Assembly: GCA_902602885.1 (NCBI GenBank)
Contig: CACKSM010000001.1
Location: 17,550-81,549, forward strand
Length of the DNA: 64,000 bases
Reading direction: 5' to 3'
Source: an uncultured Alphaproteobacteria bacterium
GTDB taxonomy: Bacteria; Pseudomonadota; Alphaproteobacteria; HIMB59; GCA-002718135
Shown here: piece by piece, positions 47,613-56,270 of the stretch
Layout: each line of letters starts with the position of its first letter
Position numbering within the stretch: position 1 is the stretch's first letter
Made by a program: the position numbers and the translations under genes
The notes under the pieces: model-generated
What the model was told of the DNA's origin: nothing
Databases searched by the model: none
The model's input: only the letters and a program-made list of their open reading frames with translations

Positions 47613-48947
47613 ATGAAATTTTATAAATATATTTTAAATTTCTTCTTAGCTTCTTTATTTTTTATCTCCTCGCAATCATTCGCAATTACTTCACAAGATA
47701 TTGAAAATGCAGATCCTTCAGGTCAAACTGTTGAATTCTGGGTTCAATATTCAGATGAAAGATTAGATGCAATGATGGCAAGAGCTGAAAGATTTGAAGC
47801 TGAAACAGGAATAAAAGTTAATGTTGTTCACAAAGGGCATTATGGAAAAGTTCAATCTGCTATGATGTCTGCTGCTGGAACAAAAGATATAGCAGACGTT
47901 GCAAGAGGTTATGGTAATGCTGCTGCAGATATGTACTTGATTGGTGCTTCAATTGATCAGAATATTTTAGCAAATAGTAAAAAATGGGGTGTTTCTCAAG
48001 ATGATATAGCAGATTGGGGTGCAAACTGGACTGTCGGCTTTTCACCATATTTTGATGGAAATCCAAAACTTTTACATGAAGTTGGAAAATCAATAGAGAT
48101 CCTTTATTACAATGCTGATTGGTTAAAGGAACTAGGTTTAGATGCTCCTAAAACTCCTGCTGATTTTGCGGAAGCAGCATGTGCTGCGACCAATCAAGAT
48201 TATAGCGGTAAGATGGGTGAAGACGTTCCAAGTTATGGATATGAAATAGATACAGATGCAAGTAACTTTGCAGCATGGGTATTTGCTCATGGAGGTGATG
48301 TATTTGACTATGATAATGGTCAGTATATTTACAATGGCCCTAAAGCCATTGAAGCTATGGAATTCATTCAAGGAATGGCAAATAAAGGTTGTGCAATAGT
48401 TGCAAGAGGTAAATATACTGACCAGCAATACTTAGGACAAGGTTCTGTTTTATTTGCTGCAGGATCTACTTCTGGTATCACTTATTTCCAGAAAGCCATT
48501 GAAGAGGGTTATAATGGTAATTGGGATGTAGCTCCATTATCGTACACCACTAGTGAACCAGTGCTTAACTTATATGGCGGTGGTTTAATTATGGGAAATT
48601 CAGGTGATGCTAATAGAATGGTAGCAGCATATCAGTGGATGAAATATATTTCTAATACTGAGAACTCAGCAGTTTGGTCAACTGAAAGTGGATATGGTTT
48701 TGTTAGAACCTCTTCTGCAGATCATCCATTAATTGCTGAAAAAAGAGCTGAATTACCTCAATATGATAAATCATTAAAAATGGTTCAATACGGAAAAGGC
48801 GAACCATCAGTTCCTGGTTATTATTCAGTTAGGGGTGAGGTTGAAAAAGCTTATGCAGCAATCATTAATGGTGATGATATCATTTCAACATTAAATCAAT
48901 TAAATGAAGATGCTAATGCAATATTAGCTGATGCAACTGCAGAGTAG
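47613..48947 (+). CDS. ABC transporter substrate-binding protein (family-1 extracellular solute-binding protein)
   Basis: It has a signal peptide (..SSQSFA) and is about 440 aa, encoded after the two permease genes. I place the start at ATG 47613 rather than GTG 47607. Its composition is less AT-rich than the neighbouring genes. Confidence 0.8.
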   Translation: MKFYKYILNFFLASLFFISSQSFAITSQDIENADPSGQTVEFWVQYSDERLDAMMARAERFEAETGIKVNVVHKGHYGKVQSAMMSAAGTKDIADVARGYGNAAADMYLIGASIDQNILANSKKWGVSQDDIADWGANWTVGFSPYFDGNPKLLHEVGKSIEILYYNADWLKELGLDAPKTPADFAEAACAATNQDYSGKMGEDVPSYGYEIDTDASNFAAWVFAHGGDVFDYDNGQYIYNGPKAIEAMEFIQGMANKGCAIVARGKYTDQQYLGQGSVLFAAGSTSGITYFQKAIEEGYNGNWDVAPLSYTTSEPVLNLYGGGLIMGNSGDANRMVAAYQWMKYISNTENSAVWSTESGYGFVRTSSADHPLIAEKRAELPQYDKSLKMVQYGKGEPSVPGYYSVRGEVEKAYAAIINGDDIISTLNQLNEDANAILADATAE

Positions 48948-48970
48948 TTTAATTATTTTACTTTTATTAA

Positions 48971-48995
48971 GGGTGGTTTATACCACCCTTTTTTT
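48971..48995 (+). terminator. Rho-independent terminator after the SBP gene
   Basis: GGGTGG (48971-48976), loop TTTATA, CCACCC (48983-48988), then T7 (48989-48995). Confidence 0.85.
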
Positions 48996-49556
48996 ATGAT
49001 AATTGTTTGTTCTCTAAATGATTTACCTCATGTGTGTGAAAGCATACAGCCTAAATATCTTGTATCAGTAATTGATCCAGGATATGCACCAGAAACACCC
49101 AAGGGTGTAAAAAATCATTTAAAGCTAGGATTTGACGATATTATTGAAATTAGTAGTAATAATAAAATATTTCGATTGAATACTGATGAAATACCACAAA
49201 TTCTACCTGCTGAAGAGCATGTAAATTCAATAGCTAATTTTACTTCTACTTATGCTTATGATGAAGATATTGTTATTCATTGTTGGTGTGGTGTCTCAAG
49301 ATCAATGGCAACAGCTACTTATTTACTATGTAGAGAAAACAAAACTAATATTGAAAATACAATTAAATATATTCGTAATCTTGCACCACATGCAAACCCA
49401 AATAAATTATTGATAAATCATTTTGAAAAGAAATTAGATGTTAGCAATCAAATCTCAAAATCATTTTTAAAATTCCCTTATACTAAAACATACGATTGTT
49501 CTTCAAATTTTGCACCTGTTACTTTATTTGATATAAAAGACATTGAAAAAAACTAA
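48996..49556 (+). CDS. Predicted protein-tyrosine/dual-specificity phosphatase-like protein (COG5350-like)
   Basis: It has a CX5R(S) P-loop, HCWCGVSRS, and the N-terminus MIIVCSLNDL typical of this small alphaproteobacterial family. Confidence 0.65.
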   Translation: MIIVCSLNDLPHVCESIQPKYLVSVIDPGYAPETPKGVKNHLKLGFDDIIEISSNNKIFRLNTDEIPQILPAEEHVNSIANFTSTYAYDEDIVIHCWCGVSRSMATATYLLCRENKTNIENTIKYIRNLAPHANPNKLLINHFEKKLDVSNQISKSFLKFPYTKTYDCSSNFAPVTLFDIKDIEKN

Positions 49557-50071
49557 TGAAAGAATACGTTCGAACAATTGCTGATTATCCTGTTAAAGGA
49601 ATTCAATTCAGAGATATTACTACATTGTTGCAAAATGCAGGACACTTTAAACAAGTCATTGATGACATGGTAAAACCATGGCAAAATAAAAAAATAGATG
49701 CAGTTTTAAGTATAGAATCACGTGGATTTATTATGGCAGGTGCAATAGCTTATTTTTTAAATGCAGCATTTGTTCCTTTGAGAAAGCCTCATAAACTTCC
49801 ATTTGATACTTTCAAAACCTCATACGACTTAGAATACGGATCAACTGAAATGCATATTCATACAGATGCCTTAGATGGTCATAAAGATTTACTAATTATT
49901 GATGATCTTTTAGCAACAGGTGGAACTGCACTTGCGGCGGTAGAGTTAATTAAAAAGTTTGAAGACAAAAATATTGTTGGCGCAGGTTTTATAATAAATT
50001 TACCAGATTTAAGTGGTGATAAAAAACTAATTGAAAAAGGAATTGAGATATATTCTTTAATGGAGTTTTAA
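49556..50071 (+). CDS. apt: Adenine phosphoribosyltransferase
   Basis: DYPVKGIQFRDIT and the PRPP loop LLIIDDLLATGGTA are present. 171 aa. Confidence 0.93.
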   Translation: MKEYVRTIADYPVKGIQFRDITTLLQNAGHFKQVIDDMVKPWQNKKIDAVLSIESRGFIMAGAIAYFLNAAFVPLRKPHKLPFDTFKTSYDLEYGSTEMHIHTDALDGHKDLLIIDDLLATGGTALAAVELIKKFEDKNIVGAGFIINLPDLSGDKKLIEKGIEIYSLMEF

Positions 50072-51211
50072 ATGAGAAATGCAGTTATTGTGGGTTACAA
50101 AAGATCACCCTTCACTTTTGCCCGTAAAGGTGAAATGGCTAATATAAGACCAGAAGACATTCTATCACAAACAATAAATCAATTACTTAATGAAATTCAA
50201 ATTAATAAAAATGACATAGAAGACATTATTACTGGTTGTGCGTATCCTGAAGGTGCACAAGGTAATAATATTGCTAAAATTATTTCTTTCATGACAGATA
50301 TGCCAGAACATGTAGCAGGTATGACAGTTAACAGATGGTGTGGCTCTTCAATGCAAGCTATTCATGATGCAACTGGTGCAATTGCAATTAACTCTGGAGA
50401 CGTTTTTTTATGTTGTGGTGTAGAAAGTATGACATTTATCCCTATGAATGGCTTAACTTACGATCCTCATCCTCAATTAAGTAAAGATAACCCAAATGTA
50501 TATATGTCTATGGGTATTACGGCTGAAAATGTTGCAAAAAAATTTGATATTTCTCGAAAAGAACAACAAGATTTTGCTATTAGCAGCCATTACAAAGCTA
50601 ATTTAGCAAGAGAATCAAATATGTTCGACAATGAAATAGTTTCAATCACAAATAATGATGAGAAAATTAATAAAGATGGTGGAATTCGGCCTAACACCTC
50701 ACATGAAATTTTAGATGGGTTAAAACTTGCTTTTGATGAAAATGGAACAGTTACAGCTGGTACAGCCTCACCATTAACAGATGGAGCATCAGCAGTAATT
50801 GTTTGTGAGGAAGAATATGCAAAAAAAAACAATCTAAATATTTTAGCTCGTATTAAATCTACAGCCGTAGTTGGTTGTCCACCAGAATTAATGGGTCTTG
50901 GCCCAATTAATGCATCTAAAAAAGCTTTAAAAAGAGCTAATTTATCAATTTCCGATATTGATATTGTGGAACTAAATGAGGCATTTGCTTCTCAATCTTT
51001 AGCATGTATTAAAGAATTAAAGATGGACATAAATAAAGTAAATATACATGGTGGAGCAATAGCATTAGGCCACCCTTTAGGTGCTACTGGAGCAAGGATT
51101 ACAGGTAAAGTTGCAACTTTATTGCAAAATAATAATAAAAAGTATGGATTAGCGACACAATGTATAGGTTTAGGTCAAGGCATTGCAACTGTGTTAGAAA
51201 ATATTAATTAA
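50072..51211 (+). CDS. fadA: 3-ketoacyl-CoA thiolase (FadA type)
   Basis: VNRWCGSSMQAIHDA contains the catalytic Cys. The C-terminus has NIHGGAIALGHPLGATGAR and QCIGLGQG. Confidence 0.9.
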   Translation: MRNAVIVGYKRSPFTFARKGEMANIRPEDILSQTINQLLNEIQINKNDIEDIITGCAYPEGAQGNNIAKIISFMTDMPEHVAGMTVNRWCGSSMQAIHDATGAIAINSGDVFLCCGVESMTFIPMNGLTYDPHPQLSKDNPNVYMSMGITAENVAKKFDISRKEQQDFAISSHYKANLARESNMFDNEIVSITNNDEKINKDGGIRPNTSHEILDGLKLAFDENGTVTAGTASPLTDGASAVIVCEEEYAKKNNLNILARIKSTAVVGCPPELMGLGPINASKKALKRANLSISDIDIVELNEAFASQSLACIKELKMDINKVNIHGGAIALGHPLGATGARITGKVATLLQNNNKKYGLATQCIGLGQGIATVLENIN

Positions 51212-51216
51212 ATATT

Positions 51217-52992
51217 ATGCAAATTTATAAAACACCGCTTCGTGAGTTTAAATTTCTAATTGAAGATTTTTTAAATCTTAAGGAAAGTCAAGCATTAAAA
51301 AAATTAGATTTAGAAACAAGCGATCTAATGCTTATTATTGAAGAAGCAGCAAAACTATGTGAAGAAACCTTACTCCCGCTTAATCAAAGTGGAGATAGTG
51401 AAGGATGTTCTTTTAATAATGGAGTTGTGACTGCACCAAAAGGATTTAAAGAAGCTTATAAAACTTTTTCTGAAAATGGCTGGCAGGGACTGAAAGTAAA
51501 AGAAGAATTTGGTGGTCAAAACCTACCTTACATTATGAATATGATTTTAGATGAAATGATAAGCTCTACTAATATGTCATTTGGTCTTTATCCAGGTCTT
51601 ACAGCAAATGCAATCGATGCAATTGAAAAGAGTGCTAATGAAGATTTAAAAAATACTTATTTGCCAAATTTAACTAGTGGTAAGTGGACAGGAACAATGA
51701 ATTTAACTGAACCTCAATGTGGAACAGATCTTGGATTAAGTAAAACAATGGCAACACCATTAGATGATGGAAGTTATAGCATTACTGGTACAAAAATTTT
51801 TATTACCTGTGGAGAGCATGATCTAAGTGATAATATTATTCATTTAGTACTAGCAAGAACACCAAATGCGCCCCCTGGTATAAAAGGTATAAGTTTATTT
51901 TTGGTTCCTAAATTTTTACCAAATGAAAGTGGTGATTTTGTTGATAGAAATAAAGTTGAATGTGGATCAATAGAAAAGAAGATGGGTATTCATGCTAGTC
52001 CAACCTGTGTAATGCATTACAATGAAGCTAAGGGCTGGCTAGTAGGTGATATTAATAAAGGAATGAGAGCGATGTTTATAATGATGAATGGAGCTCGTTT
52101 GTTTGTAGGCATACAAGGCTTAGGTTTATCAGAAACTGCTTATCAATCAGCACTTTATTATTCGAAAGAGCGTTTACAAGGAAAATTATCTTCCAGCAAT
52201 CAAGTAGCTGATCCTATAATTGTTCATCCTGAAATAAGAAAAAACTTATTGTATATAAAATCTATTAATGAAGCAGTTAGAGGTTTAACTTTATTGGCTG
52301 GAAATCACTTTGATAATATTGAAAATTCTTCAGATGATAAAGAAAAGAAATTATCTGAAAATTTTATAGCACTCATGACGCCAATTATTAAATCGTATGC
52401 TTCAGATAAATCTGTAGAAAATACAAATCGAGCTATGCAAATCTATGGTGGTCATGGTTTTATTACTGATCATGGAATGGAACAATTAGTAAGAGATGCT
52501 AGAATTACAACAATCTATGAGGGAACAAACGGTATTCAAGCATTAGATTTAATAGGAAGAAAATTACAAATTGATAATGGTGCATTATTTAATGAATTTT
52601 TTACTATGATAGATAGTTATCAACGTAAAATTAATAATAATCAAGATATGAAAAAATATGTTGATTTATTTATGCCTTCATATGATTCTTACAAAAGTAT
52701 TTTTGAATATATTAAATCATTAAATGATGAAAACGAGATTAATTCTCATGCTGTAGAATTTTTAAATTTATCATCTTTGATTTCTCTAGGTTATATTTGG
52801 TTGCAGTATATAGAAATTTCATTGGGAAAATTAGAAAAGCAAGATGAAAGTTTTTATAAATCTAAAATTGAAACTGGTAACTTCTTTTTAACTAAATTAT
52901 TAAGCGAAACAGCAGTTCTTTGTCAAAATATAAGATCTGGTGGAAAATACTATAATGAATATAATGATAAATATTTTGAAACAGCAATCTAA
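51217..52992 (+). CDS. Long-form acyl-CoA dehydrogenase (N- and C-terminal extension family that includes DmdC/FadE-like enzymes)
   Basis: 591 aa. The ACAD core (LTEPQCGTDLG, YGGHGF, RITTIYEGTNGIQ) is flanked by an N-terminal YKTPLREFKFLIED extension and a long C-terminal helical domain. Confidence 0.85.
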   Translation: MQIYKTPLREFKFLIEDFLNLKESQALKKLDLETSDLMLIIEEAAKLCEETLLPLNQSGDSEGCSFNNGVVTAPKGFKEAYKTFSENGWQGLKVKEEFGGQNLPYIMNMILDEMISSTNMSFGLYPGLTANAIDAIEKSANEDLKNTYLPNLTSGKWTGTMNLTEPQCGTDLGLSKTMATPLDDGSYSITGTKIFITCGEHDLSDNIIHLVLARTPNAPPGIKGISLFLVPKFLPNESGDFVDRNKVECGSIEKKMGIHASPTCVMHYNEAKGWLVGDINKGMRAMFIMMNGARLFVGIQGLGLSETAYQSALYYSKERLQGKLSSSNQVADPIIVHPEIRKNLLYIKSINEAVRGLTLLAGNHFDNIENSSDDKEKKLSENFIALMTPIIKSYASDKSVENTNRAMQIYGGHGFITDHGMEQLVRDARITTIYEGTNGIQALDLIGRKLQIDNGALFNEFFTMIDSYQRKINNNQDMKKYVDLFMPSYDSYKSIFEYIKSLNDENEINSHAVEFLNLSSLISLGYIWLQYIEISLGKLEKQDESFYKSKIETGNFFLTKLLSETAVLCQNIRSGGKYYNEYNDKYFETAI

Positions 52993-53297
52993 TGACCATA
53001 AAAATTTATAAACCTTCAAAAACTTCTATGCAGTCAGGTTTTAAAAAAACTAAATTATGGCTAGCTGAATATATTTCTGAAGTAGAAAAATTAAAAGACT
53101 CTTTAATGGGATGGAACAGTTCATTAGATACCAAATCCCAGATAAAACTTTTTTTTGACACTAAAGAACAAGCTATTGAATGGGCAAAAAAAAATAATTA
53201 TCAATATTTTGTCGAGGAACCAAAGCAAAGAAAAATTAAACCTAAAAGTTATGCTTCAAATTTTGATACAAATAGAAAAGAGCCTTGGACACATTAA
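52992..53297 (+). CDS. ETC complex I NDUFS4-like (18 kDa subunit family) protein
   Basis: 101 aa with IYKPSKTSMQSG..K...W..EY....MGW.SS.DT..Q..L.F.T.E.A..WA.....Y.V.EP......KPKSYA.NF, which matches the alphaproteobacterial NDUFS4 homologue pattern. Confidence 0.75.
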   Translation: MTIKIYKPSKTSMQSGFKKTKLWLAEYISEVEKLKDSLMGWNSSLDTKSQIKLFFDTKEQAIEWAKKNNYQYFVEEPKQRKIKPKSYASNFDTNRKEPWTH

Positions 53298-53344
53298 GTA
53301 TAATTTCTTTCTTTATTTTTTAGACTATGATAAATGCAAGTTAA

Positions 53345-53420
53345 GCGCCCGTAGCTCAGTGGATAGAGCAACCGCCTTCTAAGCGGTAGGTCAAATGTTC
53401 GAATCATTTCGGGCGCGCCA
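53345..53420 (+). tRNA. tRNA-Arg (anticodon TCT)
   Basis: Cloverleaf: acceptor GCGCCCG/CGGGCGC, D-arm GCTC..GAGC, anticodon arm ACCGC-CTTCTAA-GCGGT, T-arm AAATG-TTCGAAT-CATTT, with an encoded CCA. Confidence 0.95.
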
Positions 53421-53424
53421 AATA

Positions 53425-54045
53425 TCAAAATTTTGCTGCCTCCTCATCTATAAATGCATTGAAGGAAACTGATCTTCTTTCCTCATCAGAAAAAAATGGA
53501 TAAACTGTATGCATCATATAGCTAGGAAATATAAATAAATCTCCAACTTCAGGTTTAACATCATACACGGAGGAAACTAAAAGCTGTGTTGATCCATGAA
53601 TAAATGCAATTTTTCCATTCTTATTTTGATCCTTGTATGACGAGCCTAAGTCGTTTGGCATTTTTGTGTACATTACTCCTGACAGATGACCATCATGCCA
53701 ATGAATTGGATTATAATCATTCTCAAATTGACAAACAGCCCAACTAGATTTTAAATCAAACTTATTAATTTCTTTTTGTAATGTTGATTTAACAAAATTA
53801 AATACAAATTTATAAAGAACATTTTTTAAATTTTGATCAAGAAATTCTTTTGTTAATTTAATTTCATATTTAATTTCACCTGCTAATTGTTTGCCATGGT
53901 ATAATTCATCAATTTTATTTTCATCTTTCAATATTTCATCAATATGATTGTTGAGTGTAGTTATTGTATCATCTGATAATTTATATTTGCCTATCGCTGG
54001 TGAAAATGGTCGTATAATTTGACCTTGAATCATGCTTTCGTTCAT
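53425..54045 (-). CDS. Putative 2OG-Fe(II) oxygenase-like protein (TIGR02466-like conserved hypothetical)
   Basis: 206 aa. H-x-D/H ... H spacing (PIHWHDGH ... MMHTVYPF) lies in a predicted double-stranded beta-helix. It resembles the family common in SAR11 and cyanophage genomes, from memory. Confidence 0.55.
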   Translation of the reverse strand: MNESMIQGQIIRPFSPAIGKYKLSDDTITTLNNHIDEILKDENKIDELYHGKQLAGEIKYEIKLTKEFLDQNLKNVLYKFVFNFVKSTLQKEINKFDLKSSWAVCQFENDYNPIHWHDGHLSGVMYTKMPNDLGSSYKDQNKNGKIAFIHGSTQLLVSSVYDVKPEVGDLFIFPSYMMHTVYPFFSDEERRSVSFNAFIDEEAAKF

Positions 54046-54093
54046 ATTTTATTAACTTTAATTATATTAAATATTATAATATAGTTAAATAAA

Positions 54094-54435
54094 ATGAAAT
54101 ATAATTTAAACTGTCATTGTGGAGCGGTTCAATTAGAAGTTTTAACAGACTTGGAAATCATTAAACAGTGTAACTGCTCTATTTGTATAAGAAAAAACGC
54201 TAAAATGTGCATGGTACCTAAAGAAGCAATAAATATTCTTAAAGGAAAAGAAAACTTAACTTCTTACAAATTTAATACAATGATTGCTGAACATTTTTTT
54301 TGTAAAATTTGTGGTATCTATACTCATCATCATAGAAGAAGTGATCCAAATGGGGCAGCAATAAATATTGGATGTATAGATTCAATTGATCCTTTTAAAT
54401 ATGATGCTGACTTTATTGATATGAAAAATAAATAA
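54094..54435 (+). CDS. GFA-family (glutathione-dependent formaldehyde-activating enzyme-like) zinc protein
   Basis: 113 aa with Cys clusters CHCGAV, CNCSIC and FCKICG, characteristic of the GFA/CENP-V fold. Confidence 0.8.
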   Translation: MKYNLNCHCGAVQLEVLTDLEIIKQCNCSICIRKNAKMCMVPKEAINILKGKENLTSYKFNTMIAEHFFCKICGIYTHHHRRSDPNGAAINIGCIDSIDPFKYDADFIDMKNK

Positions 54436-54439
54436 TTTT

Positions 54440-55426
54440 ATGTCGTTTGAATTTTTAATTTCGAAAATTCAAAAAAATAATTTTTTACTCATAGGTAGAG
54501 CTGGGATTGATATTTATCCTGATCCACCTGGGACTAAAACTGAAAATGCCAAATCCTTTGTTACTCATCTAGGAGGATCTTCCGCAAATATGGGTGTCCA
54601 ATTAACTTTATTTGGAGGTAATTGTAATTTACTGACCAGAGTATCTGATGATGCTTTAGGTAAATTGGCTATTAATCAACTAAATCATTATGGCGTTAAA
54701 AACAAATTAGTAGAATTTGAAAAAAATGAATCAAGAATTTCTTTTGCTATTGTTGAAACCACAGTTAAAGATCATCAATCAATTATTTATAGACATAAAG
54801 CTTCTGATTTGTTTTTAAATAAATATGATATTGAAAACGCTAATATACAAAATTTTGATTGTGTATTAATTACTGGTACTTCTCTAGCAGCTGAACCTTC
54901 AAGGAGTGCTACCTTATATGCTTTAGATATAGCAAATAAAAATAATATTCCTGTAATTATGGACATTGATTATAGACCATATACTTGGGAGTCATCAAAT
55001 AAAGCAAAAGAAGTTTATAATTTAGCAGCAAGTAAATGTAGTGGTGTAATTGGAAATGATGATGAGTTTGGAGTATTAGCTGGTGATTACAATAATGGTT
55101 TTAATCATGCTAAACAACTAGCTAAAAACTTAAGCTTAATAATTTATAAAAAAGGTGAAAAAGGTTCTATTACCTTTGCAATGAACAAAGTAATTAAAAA
55201 AGGAATATTTCCCGTTAAGCCCTTGAAACCAACTGGAGCCGGTGATGCATTTATGGGATCATTAATAGGATCAATTTTAAAGGCTAATGATTTAGAAAAA
55301 TCTATAGAAATAGGTTCAGCTGCAGCCGCTATAGTAGTAACAAAAATTGGTTGTGCTCCAGCAATGCCAAATTTAAATGAAATTTTAGAATTTATGAAAT
55401 ATAATAAAATTAATGAAGGAGAATAA
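54440..55426 (+). CDS. iolC: PfkB-family sugar kinase, IolC-like (5-dehydro-2-deoxygluconokinase-like)
   Basis: LLIGRAGIDIYPDP...THLGGSSANMGVQL at the N-terminus and the C-terminal TGAGDAF anion-hole motif are present. It is followed by iolB. Confidence 0.75.
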   Translation: MSFEFLISKIQKNNFLLIGRAGIDIYPDPPGTKTENAKSFVTHLGGSSANMGVQLTLFGGNCNLLTRVSDDALGKLAINQLNHYGVKNKLVEFEKNESRISFAIVETTVKDHQSIIYRHKASDLFLNKYDIENANIQNFDCVLITGTSLAAEPSRSATLYALDIANKNNIPVIMDIDYRPYTWESSNKAKEVYNLAASKCSGVIGNDDEFGVLAGDYNNGFNHAKQLAKNLSLIIYKKGEKGSITFAMNKVIKKGIFPVKPLKPTGAGDAFMGSLIGSILKANDLEKSIEIGSAAAAIVVTKIGCAPAMPNLNEILEFMKYNKINEGE

Positions 55427-55427
55427 T

Positions 55428-56270
55428 ATGCATATTCCACCATTTGATAATAAAAACAAGCCAATTGTAGATATTGAAGACAGTAGAGTTCCTTTAAATT
55501 ATTTTAACATAGTAAAATTAAATAAAGATCAATCTTTTGAATATCAAACCCCTGGTTATGAAACATGTATAGTACCTGCTACTGGAACAATTAATGTAGA
55601 AATTGAAGGAATAAAAGTTGAGTCATTAGGGACTAGAACAGTAGATGTGTGGGATGGGGAGCCAGAAGGTGTTTATGTTCCGTCTAATACAAAAGCTCAA
55701 TTTACCTCTTCAGTTGATAATTCAGAAATTTTTATTGCTGGCGCAAAGTATGACAAAACTCTTGAACCATTTGCAGTTCGAGCAAATGAAATTGATTTAG
55801 TTCAGTATGGCTCTGATGATACAAAAACTCATAGAAAAATTAAACATATTTTAGGTGCTAAGCATCATGATAAAGTTGGAAGATTGCTTTGTAATGAACT
55901 TTATACTGTAGGACAGGGAGGTTGGTCGGGTTTTCCACCTCATAAGCATGATACAGATCGTCTACCTGATGAAACTAGGCATGATGAAACATATAATTAC
56001 AGATTTAAACCTAATAATGGATTTGGTTTTCAGATGTTTCAGCAAGTTGATGATAAAGTTGGTAAAGCTGAACATATAATTGATGGGTCGACTATTATGA
56101 TTAGAACAGGCTATCATCCATGTGTCGTAGCACCTGGATATGAGATGTATTATTTTACAATTCTTGGAGGATTATCTCAAAGATCTCTTGTCCAATTTTT
56201 TCAACCTGAGCATGCTTATCAAGTAGAAACAATTCCAGGTATTAAGGATATGATTGCTAAATACAAATAA
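55428..56270 (+). CDS. iolB: 5-deoxy-glucuronate isomerase IolB
   Basis: GGWSGFPPHKHDTDRLPDETRHDETYNYRF and GYHPCVVAPGYEMYYFTILGG align with B. subtilis IolB as I recall it. I place the start at ATG 55428, preceded by AAGGAGAA, rather than 55413. Confidence 0.85.
   Translation: MHIPPFDNKNKPIVDIEDSRVPLNYFNIVKLNKDQSFEYQTPGYETCIVPATGTINVEIEGIKVESLGTRTVDVWDGEPEGVYVPSNTKAQFTSSVDNSEIFIAGAKYDKTLEPFAVRANEIDLVQYGSDDTKTHRKIKHILGAKHHDKVGRLLCNELYTVGQGGWSGFPPHKHDTDRLPDETRHDETYNYRFKPNNGFGFQMFQQVDDKVGKAEHIIDGSTIMIRTGYHPCVVAPGYEMYYFTILGGLSQRSLVQFFQPEHAYQVETIPGIKDMIAKYK

Noticed and set aside
53155-53382. 75-aa + strand ORF running from inside the NDUFS4-like gene across the intergenic region into tRNA-Arg.
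   Set aside because: It overlaps a well-supported CDS in another frame and reads through the first half of a canonical tRNA gene. It is not a plausible protein.
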